Shown: positions 57,105 through 64,000 of the stretch, one piece after another
How the letters are laid out: the number at the start of each line of letters is the position of its first letter
How positions within the stretch are numbered: the stretch's first letter is position 1
Source of the DNA: a virus
IMG/VR virus record: IMGVR_UViG_3300025881_000008
Span: 1-64,000 of that record
Length of the DNA stretch: 64,000 bases
Direction: 5' to 3' (one strand)
The notes under the pieces: generated by a model
Told to the model about the DNA's origin: nothing
Databases searched by the model: none
The model's input: only the letters and a program-made list of their open reading frames with translations
Made by a program: the position numbers and the translations under genes

Positions 57105-58168
57105 AGATCCAATTGACTTGATGTGAAATATTGATCGATCTTTTTGTGAGCGTTGATTTTAAGCTCAAAACATTTCAATATTAAGTCATTTAGATCTTTA
57201 ATATTATATGTATCTAGCTTATTTTCCTTAAGAAATTTAGACCACATAAATACTGGTCGTCCTTTCTTAAGCTTCTCAGCCATCTTCTTTTTACCTGTTA
57301 CATCATTATCAAACATGTACCTGACTGTTGGTATCTCATCAAAATCATCTGTTGATCTACCAGCGGTAGCTAGCGCCAGTGAGTTGGTCATAAACTTAGC
57401 ATCTAATGGCCCCTCGAACATTGTAATGGGTCTTTGAAAGTTTAATTGCATAATACCAAATAGTGTAGATATCTTGGTCAAGTTATTTAACTCATCATTT
57501 GTCATATCTAGTGGTTTACCCATTTCTTCATATATTTTAGGTAAATCATATGTTAGATATCTTTGACCATAACCTTTCATTCTACGTGTTTGTGCTCCTA
57601 TAATTTTGTTATCAGTACTAAAGTTTAATATCCATAAACGATGTTCTTTTTCTGAATAAAGAAAATCATCTACTCTATTGTGGAGTAATCTTGCCTTTAA
57701 TTGAAACCATATCCAGTCACCGGGTACTATCGGTTTTGCCTTAAAATGTTTTTTAAAGTCATCGATATCAATTGCTAAATTATGGATCTCTTCAAGACCT
57801 TGATGTTTTAAAACTGACTCGGGATTTACCTGTATCTTATTTTGTTGAATGTAGTCAATGACCAAAAAAGAGTCATCGCTATTCGACATTTTAATATCAT
57901 GATCCTTTAAAAAAGTATAAAGATTTGTGTGGTGGTTGCAGTTATAACAATGGTACTGTAATGTATCCCAGAATATGTTACCACGCTTGGCGGTATCATC
58001 TTTGTAGGAGTCGCCACAATAGGGACATGCAAGGGTTATTCGCCCATGCATGTCCTTTAGTAGCTTCTTGTTAGGTTCAGGATGTTTTTGAGATACTACT
58101 TCTTTAAGTGCATACCTTATTTTATCCTTTAACTCTTCAGTAAGTTGTATATTAGATGTCGAGGTCAT
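57092..58168 (-). CDS. gp61: DNA primase (gp61-like)
   Basis: CPYCGDS...HCYNC zinc finger; TOPRIM FEGPLD and FDND. Confidence 0.9.
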   Translation of the reverse strand: MTSTSNIQLTEELKDKIRYALKEVVSQKHPEPNKKLLKDMHGRITLACPYCGDSYKDDTAKRGNIFWDTLQYHCYNCNHHTNLYTFLKDHDIKMSNSDDSFLVIDYIQQNKIQVNPESVLKHQGLEEIHNLAIDIDDFKKHFKAKPIVPGDWIWFQLKARLLHNRVDDFLYSEKEHRLWILNFSTDNKIIGAQTRRMKGYGQRYLTYDLPKIYEEMGKPLDMTNDELNNLTKISTLFGIMQLNFQRPITMFEGPLDAKFMTNSLALATAGRSTDDFDEIPTVRYMFDNDVTGKKKMAEKLKKGRPVFMWSKFLKENKLDTYNIKDLNDLILKCFELKINAHKKIDQYFTSSQLDLWYV

Positions 58169-59066
58169 TCAAAAAAGAATCTAGATCGTCATCAGATGAA
58201 ACGCTTGAAGTTGATTCTGTTTTTGCTGGAGCTTCCACTGGCTTTTCTGCTACCGCAGTTGCCGACTGTGTTGCTTTTTTAGGAGCACTCGATGTCATCT
58301 CAGCGATAGAGCTGCCTGGATTGATGTACATTCTCAATACGTCATTAACGAAAGATCTTGTATCTTCATCCCATGCTTGGTAATCATAACCCTTTAAGGA
58401 AGGAGCAGCTTCTAGCTCAGCCTTAATTGTTGTCATGGTCTCTTTGTTACGCTCTGCTGGTGCATCACCCATAATAATAGCTGATTTACTTGCTGAGAAT
58501 TTAGACTTGTCATAGTTGTTGTAGTCACCTTGGCGAGTAATGATTAACTCAAAGTTCTTACCTTCAAAAAGGTCAAATACTTGTGTTGGTTCACCAAAGT
58601 CTGGTTTCAATTCTGCATCAATCTTCTCTTTGATCTTATAACCAAATTTAAATACTTTGTAAGTACCTTCTAGATCTGGGTTCTGTGGATCTTTAATGAT
58701 CTTGATTAGTGCATAATATTGCTGACGTCTTTTCAATTTCTCTGAAGACTTGCGGTCAACAGCTGAATCTGATTTACGTAGCTTCCAAAATACATCTGCA
58801 ATAGGACATTTCTCACCAACAGTAGATGGACTATCAACTAGTTTACCATCACCGCTTGAGTTAGTTAGCCAGTGTACGTATTTTTGGATTAGGGAATTGC
58901 GAGGGTTTTCTGGATTAGGAACAAAACGAATTAATGCTTTGTAAGTTCCGTCTTTACCGTCGTCTGCGGTTGGTTTGTAGATCTCGTTAGTAGAACTACT
59001 TGCTTGTACTTGGTGGGTTTCTACGTCTTCCACACCTAAGTTAAAAATGTCAAATGAATCACTCAT
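58152..59066 (-). CDS. gp32: Single-stranded DNA-binding protein (gp32-like)
   Basis: ALIRFVP, CPI, VFKFGYKI, NYDKSKF, acidic DDDLDSFLNDL tail. Confidence 0.9.
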   Translation of the reverse strand: MSDSFDIFNLGVEDVETHQVQASSSTNEIYKPTADDGKDGTYKALIRFVPNPENPRNSLIQKYVHWLTNSSGDGKLVDSPSTVGEKCPIADVFWKLRKSDSAVDRKSSEKLKRRQQYYALIKIIKDPQNPDLEGTYKVFKFGYKIKEKIDAELKPDFGEPTQVFDLFEGKNFELIITRQGDYNNYDKSKFSASKSAIIMGDAPAERNKETMTTIKAELEAAPSLKGYDYQAWDEDTRSFVNDVLRMYINPGSSIAEMTSSAPKKATQSATAVAEKPVEAPAKTESTSSVSSDDDLDSFLNDLDI

Positions 59067-59145
59067 ACCTTTTAGTTGTTTAAATTTTTAAATTGTTTAC
59101 CTTGAAATTACTTTCAGTTCTTATAATCGCGTACTAAAAAAAGTT

Positions 59146-59322
59146 TCAACTATTAGTCAATGTTAAAATACTATTACCGTTCTCTTTCCATCTACCGTCC
59201 TCGAGCTTAAGCAGCCCTGCTTTGTGGAGTAGTTCTTCACGCTCAGTTGTTGTGATCCTATTTTCTCGCACCATCGTTATGAGGGCTTTATTGAGATGGA
59301 TGAGTTCAGTTGTAGCTAACAT
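59146..59322 (-). CDS. Small hypothetical protein (58 aa)
   Basis: Hand-translated MLATTELIHLNKALITMVRENRITTTEREELLHKAGLLKLEDGRWKENGNSILTLTNS; two promoter motifs upstream. Confidence 0.55.
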   Translation of the reverse strand: MLATTELIHLNKALITMVRENRITTTEREELLHKAGLLKLEDGRWKENGNSILTLTNS

Positions 59323-59473
59323 TTTAAATAATTGTTACTGTTTATTAGTATACATATTATATATCTGAATTGCTTTTTGTTTCATCTAGAGCTTATTTTT
59401 ATTTTTTTTTAAATAAATTGAAACAATTCTGAGCAACTAGCATATAATAAATGTTCTTTAAGTCAGAGACAGA

Positions 59474-60124
59474 TTAGGCTGGAGGGTTGGCCATAAAGGC
59501 AACTAGGAAATAAGCGTCGACTAGATCGTCTAACGGCTTTGGGATCTTCTTCCCGACTTCAAGGTCTTTCACAATTTTCCACAAAGGGCTTTTAGCTAAG
59601 ACCGGGTCTTCATTCACATTTCTTTGAAAAGCCTCAAACAACTGGAGCTTGTTCATGTTACCTTTACCAGCAAACTTCTTAATAGTAGTCGGGGCCACCG
59701 TCATGATGTCTTCGGGATTTAAGGTCTTTAAGAGTTTAAGTTTTAAGATTGCAGCGCCGGCTGCCATGTCAATCATATTATTAGTCCCACCGTTAGAACC
59801 ATATGAAGTGCCTTCGAATCCAATAGTAAACCCATCACCTTCAAAACTGTTTTGTAAGACCAGGTTTATTATGTCATCTGCCATTCTATCATAGCGCTTA
59901 ACCTTGAGGAGTTCAGCACTTGAAAACGTTTCGTTATTTGTAAAGTCAGGTTGATCAACTAAAGTGACATCACTTAATAATGATATCTCTTCTTGAAGCC
60001 TTTGTTCTGCCTTTGTACCTGTTTTTGGTTTTATATAACTAATGAAATGGTATTTCTTACCTTTATCATTATATAAGCAAATTCCTGGGGAATTAAGAGA
60101 AAAGTCTACTGCTAAAAAATTCAT
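59474..60124 (-). CDS. RuvC-like Holliday junction resolvase
   Basis: AVDFSLNSPG, FEG, PTTIKK..GKGN..K, DDLVDAY. Confidence 0.8.
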   Translation of the reverse strand: MNFLAVDFSLNSPGICLYNDKGKKYHFISYIKPKTGTKAEQRLQEEISLLSDVTLVDQPDFTNNETFSSAELLKVKRYDRMADDIINLVLQNSFEGDGFTIGFEGTSYGSNGGTNNMIDMAAGAAILKLKLLKTLNPEDIMTVAPTTIKKFAGKGNMNKLQLFEAFQRNVNEDPVLAKSPLWKIVKDLEVGKKIPKPLDDLVDAYFLVAFMANPPA

Positions 60125-60493
60125 TTAGATTCTTTTACCAAGACTAGCACCTAGTGCAGCGCCAACAAGTCTTGAGGTTAATAAATCATAGAAAATACCT
60201 TTTTCAATACCTAATACTTTAGCAATCATCTTACCAACTGATTTACCTAAAGCGAAACCAGTAAGACCACCAATAATTGAACCAAAGAAACCTTCATTTG
60301 TAATTTCTTCATTAAGCCTTTCAATATCAAAGGTACCATCTTCATTTTTATATTCTAATGCGAATGATTCTAGGGCGGCATCAATCTTAGTCTCTAACTC
60401 AGGTGTCCATTCTTCTTGTAGACCCTCGTTAATAAGTTTGATATCCTGTTCTGTGACAGCATTTTCAACTAAGTATGTATTAAATGTTTTCAT
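60125..60493 (-). CDS. Putative internal virion protein with glycine-zipper hydrophobic C-terminus
   Basis: MKTFNTYLVE; ITNE followed by GFFGSIIGGLTGFALG...LVGAALGASLG. Confidence 0.6.
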   Translation of the reverse strand: MKTFNTYLVENAVTEQDIKLINEGLQEEWTPELETKIDAALESFALEYKNEDGTFDIERLNEEITNEGFFGSIIGGLTGFALGKSVGKMIAKVLGIEKGIFYDLLTSRLVGAALGASLGKRI

Positions 60494-60509
60494 ATTTTAT
60501 ATATCGTTT

Positions 60510-61061
60510 TTATTCTACTTCTAATCTTAGATTTAATCTATTGTAAAAGAAGGTAACATCAAATGTATTAAATGACGCCACATTCTCTGCAAAATTCAAA
60601 TTGAGTTCATTAATAGAATTCATAATTGAATCTGTAAATTCCATATAAGCTACCGATGCGCCTTCAGAATCTAAGATTCTTAAAGTCAACGGTTCTATAT
60701 GTGTTTGTTTAGTTGTTCTTGCGTAATAATACAGTAATGTATCCATCATAATCCAATAATTAATAAAACCATCTAGTAACTGCATAGTCACCGTAAATTC
60801 TCTATTAATTACATTTTGAATCGGTAAAGCACCTCTGTGATATCTTTTAGTACCATCATTATCTTCTTGTGATAGTGGATCAAATGAAACACCTGGGATA
60901 TTAATACCTTGAATACTATAGTTAACAAAATCAATAGGTTCAGATAATAGTCCACCTGGTACTTTATTTAAATACTTCTTATACTTCTGTGCCACTTCCT
61001 CAGGAATAAATTTTCTGGGGAATTTAAAATCAAATGCATTATTTCTACTATTAAGAACCAT
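60510..61061 (-). CDS. gp3: Tail tube terminator/completion protein (gp3-like)
   Basis: QGINIPGVSF, FTVTM...NYW, LTLRILDS, FDVTFFY. Confidence 0.65.
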   Translation of the reverse strand: MVLNSRNNAFDFKFPRKFIPEEVAQKYKKYLNKVPGGLLSEPIDFVNYSIQGINIPGVSFDPLSQEDNDGTKRYHRGALPIQNVINREFTVTMQLLDGFINYWIMMDTLLYYYARTTKQTHIEPLTLRILDSEGASVAYMEFTDSIMNSINELNLNFAENVASFNTFDVTFFYNRLNLRLEVE

Positions 61062-61063
61062 AC

Positions 61064-63130
61064 TTAGTTAATATTAAATTTACCAGATAAAATCATTGTT
61101 TCATCCACTCCATTATTAACGCTAATATAAAATGTAGAATTCTTCATACCTCTAATAGTGTTTGCGTTAGCTTCACTAATTTTAAAAAGTACTTCACCTT
61201 CACCCATGTTTATATCTTTATTAGAAACGTGATTAAATTTTAATTTTTGTTTACCATCACCAAATGTCATAACTAAGTGTTCAGCATTTTCAAATGAAAC
61301 GAACTCAACGTCGTCCTCTTTTTTCTTAGCAATTACAAATTTATAGTAAGATGTAAATGGTGGAATATTAATAACTAGGTCGCCTTCTGATTTAAAAGAT
61401 GATGTGTCTACCTCAGTAATACTTTGAGTCATAATGTTTTCATTAGAGCTATCAAATTGAATTTTAGCACTTGAAGCAATAACGTTATGTCTTTCAACAA
61501 ATGCAGGTACATATTTTACAGTTCTAGGTAAATTGTCTGTGAATATTCCAGCTATAATTTTATTAGACGCTAATTGTGGTAGTACGTTATAAACCTCTGT
61601 CAACTGATTAGGAGAATCAATTTTAAGTTTACTTAATTTTTTACCATATTTGGCAGCTTGATTAACTGATAGACTAGCCCTCTTTACAATCTGTGTATTA
61701 TCGGTTTGATTCCATATTTTCATAGTTACATCAATAGAAAAGCTAGATGCTATATTACTATTAACAATAACTGGTCTAAAAACAATAGGAGTATTAAAGT
61801 CCTCGTATTGTGTGTATGTTGTTTGAAAAGTTTTAACTTCAGTAGTACCTATGTTTTCGAACACATCAACATCGAATAAAACTGTTATATCATCTGATGT
61901 TGAAGTAATTTGATTTAAAATATATGCTTCAAAATTACCAATAGAGTTATCTTTCTCTCCGTATATTTTAAAATAATCTCCATCTGCAGCATCCTCTATA
62001 ACAACCGTGAAATCTTGAAATTCATCTTCTCTTGAAATAGTAAATTTATTCTCTTCACCAGTAATAAAATAATCATAACCGTTTAGAGTTTCTAATCTAT
62101 CTATTAATTTAAAAGTAACATTATAATTTGAAGTTGGATCTAAGTCGCTTGAACCGATACTGCCATCACCATAAAAAAGGTCTTCGAATTCAGCATTCTG
62201 ATCTATTAAGGTTGGAACTTTAACTTCAATAAATTTACTATATAAAGTCTCACCTAAAATAAAAGGTTTAGGATTTGCATATTCATAATTACTAGTATTT
62301 AAATAAACCAACTGTGTTAGGTAATTACTTATACCACTATTTCTTTTAGCCCCGATTTGAAATAAGAAACCTTCATAACCCCTGGCAGCAAAACTATAAC
62401 CACTTCTCAGGTGTAGTCTAATACTATCATACTTAATATAATTAATATTAGCAGTTGCATTAGTTTGTGAATTTAAAAGGTCTGTTTCATTTCCACCGGC
62501 CCAATTAACATTGTTGTTGATATAATTAAACATATCATAATCGCCGGTTGAATCATAACCTATTAATGCATACTTTGTGCCTGTGTTATCTGACTGCACA
62601 GCATGATATCTACCGATAGTCTGGTTAATATCATTGCCTGTATTTTCATCAGGACTTGCAAACAGAGGATTGGCTCTAGTATCAACGATTACTTTACCAC
62701 CCTTCAGTCCTTCATATGTATATGAAACCGTACCATTTTGAGTTGGTGTAAATTGTCCGATTTGAGTTACGCTTGAATAAGAGTAAATTCCTAAAGATCC
62801 ACCGATGTTGAATAATTCGGGATTGGGCAAAGCACTTAGATTAAACTTATAAGTTTTACCATTTTGCAATAAGAGAGTTCTCGCTGCAAAATTTTCAACA
62901 GCTAAATAGCCACTTACCGAAGTTACATCAAAATTTACTACCGCGCTACCTAATTCATTAATTAAGTGTCGCTGTTGTGAAGCATCACCTTTAACTGTAT
63001 CTAAGAATTTAACCTCACTACCGTTGTCATCAACTTCTATTTGATACTTAGAAGGATTGCCTTGGTCGTGGTATATAAATTCAAGTAAGATGTCTGAATC
63101 TAAATAAAAATATCTTGATGATTGTGCCAT
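61064..63130 (-). CDS. Large beta-rich virion structural protein
   Basis: 688 aa, Asn/Thr/Tyr-rich; co-oriented with the gp3-like gene. Confidence 0.5.
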   Translation of the reverse strand: MAQSSRYFYLDSDILLEFIYHDQGNPSKYQIEVDDNGSEVKFLDTVKGDASQQRHLINELGSAVVNFDVTSVSGYLAVENFAARTLLLQNGKTYKFNLSALPNPELFNIGGSLGIYSYSSVTQIGQFTPTQNGTVSYTYEGLKGGKVIVDTRANPLFASPDENTGNDINQTIGRYHAVQSDNTGTKYALIGYDSTGDYDMFNYINNNVNWAGGNETDLLNSQTNATANINYIKYDSIRLHLRSGYSFAARGYEGFLFQIGAKRNSGISNYLTQLVYLNTSNYEYANPKPFILGETLYSKFIEVKVPTLIDQNAEFEDLFYGDGSIGSSDLDPTSNYNVTFKLIDRLETLNGYDYFITGEENKFTISREDEFQDFTVVIEDAADGDYFKIYGEKDNSIGNFEAYILNQITSTSDDITVLFDVDVFENIGTTEVKTFQTTYTQYEDFNTPIVFRPVIVNSNIASSFSIDVTMKIWNQTDNTQIVKRASLSVNQAAKYGKKLSKLKIDSPNQLTEVYNVLPQLASNKIIAGIFTDNLPRTVKYVPAFVERHNVIASSAKIQFDSSNENIMTQSITEVDTSSFKSEGDLVINIPPFTSYYKFVIAKKKEDDVEFVSFENAEHLVMTFGDGKQKLKFNHVSNKDINMGEGEVLFKISEANANTIRGMKNSTFYISVNNGVDETMILSGKFNIN

Positions 63131-63144
63131 TATTTATATTAATT

Positions 63145-63948
63145 TTAAAATCTTAACCATTTAGGAGAATAATATAATCCTAATCCGATTGATGGACCAG
63201 TACTTATTACTTGATTGTTGTTTAGATTGATTCCATAACCGATACCAATCCCTATTGCCCAACCACCTTTTTTGGTAGGCTTTTGATTAAGTCTAGTATT
63301 AATTAAATTAATATTTTCTATATTACTAAAAGTTAATCCTGGATATGATGTAGAAATTTTTAATTGATCTGCTCCGTTTATTCTTTCTATGGCTGCTAAT
63401 AGACTAATCGTATGTTCTATATCAAAAGAAGCATTTCCATAATTTAATCCAGTATCATGTCTTGTTATCAACATATTACCCATTAAATTTCTAGAATTAC
63501 CATTACCAAAATCATCGAACTTAGAAAATGTTAATTTAGTTGTCGTTGAATCCACTTCAGATGATGTTACGTTAGCCAATAAACTATCTTTGATATCTAT
63601 ATCAGCTGATAAAAGAGTATTAACTTTGTTTAAATCCTTATTTAAATTAAGAGCCTTTCTGTATTTTAAAACTAATTCATTTTGATCATCCTTTAAATCG
63701 TTAATATCAAATTCATAAGATCTTATTTTCGATATTAAATTACCATTTTCTGCTACCAATTGATTAACAGAATCCTTTGAAGCTAAATAATTATTTAAAT
63801 TTCTATCTGCTGTTTGTTGAACTACCTCTAAACCATGTTTAAGATTTTCAGTTTGATTACACTGTCTTAGAAACAATAAAACAAAAAGAGCACCCAATAC
63901 AAATGTAAGGGTGTTCCTATTGCTGATTATTTTTTTAATTATATTCAT
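63145..63948 (-). CDS. Membrane-anchored coiled-coil protein, candidate spanin
   Basis: N-terminal TM helix, coiled coil, C-terminal GWAIGIGIGYG...GLGLYYSPKWLRF. Confidence 0.5.
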   Translation of the reverse strand: MNIIKKIISNRNTLTFVLGALFVLLFLRQCNQTENLKHGLEVVQQTADRNLNNYLASKDSVNQLVAENGNLISKIRSYEFDINDLKDDQNELVLKYRKALNLNKDLNKVNTLLSADIDIKDSLLANVTSSEVDSTTTKLTFSKFDDFGNGNSRNLMGNMLITRHDTGLNYGNASFDIEHTISLLAAIERINGADQLKISTSYPGLTFSNIENINLINTRLNQKPTKKGGWAIGIGIGYGINLNNNQVISTGPSIGLGLYYSPKWLRF

Positions 63949-64000
63949 TTTTATTTATTCTTGAATTCCGTTAAAACCATCGTCTTTACCAAGTACGTCC

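Noticed and set aside
1-64000. Stop-codon reassignment (TAG to Gln) as in some Bacteroidota phages
   Set aside because: Core genes are intact under the standard code, and several end in TAG at sensible positions (10457, 46273, 56883, 57092).
1-64000. tRNA genes, CRISPR arrays, integrase, homing endonucleases
   Set aside because: None recognised by eye and intergenic gaps are short; tRNAscan and profile searches were not run, so absence is not proven.

Overview
A 64-kb, AT-rich segment of a large T4-like (myovirus) phage genome. The host is probably Bacteroidota/Flavobacteriia, inferred from A-rich Shine-Dalgarno-free start contexts and TAnnTTTG-like early promoters. Nearly all genes are on the minus strand. 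The window holds the T4 core. Virion genes: tape measure (partial), gp26/gp51-like chaperone, tube, sheath, terminase, neck, major capsid, protease-scaffold fusion, portal, gp2, gp4, gp15, gp3. Replication, recombination and transcription genes: RNase H, gp44/62, gp45, a family-B polymerase split into two distant genes, gp41, gp61, gp32, UvsX/Y/W, gp46/47, RuvC-like, gp55, gp33-like, nrdAB. Highlights: (1) a structured ~90-nt element after nrdA carries circularly permuted pieces of the conserved 23S rRNA helix 69-70 sequence, antisense in the transcript; (2) many proteins carry a T4-internal-protein-like capsid targeting motif, several look like protease-cleavable polyproteins, and two have ligase-fold nucleotidyltransferase domains; (3) a divergent DNA-hypermodification cluster (aGPT-Pplase-like, PLP enzyme, SGNH, LOG, two all-alpha NTP pyrophosphatases); (4) a candidate +1 programmed frameshift in the tail chaperone; (5) three distinct promoter classes readable from the sequence. 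All family assignments come from motif recognition and synteny, not database searches.
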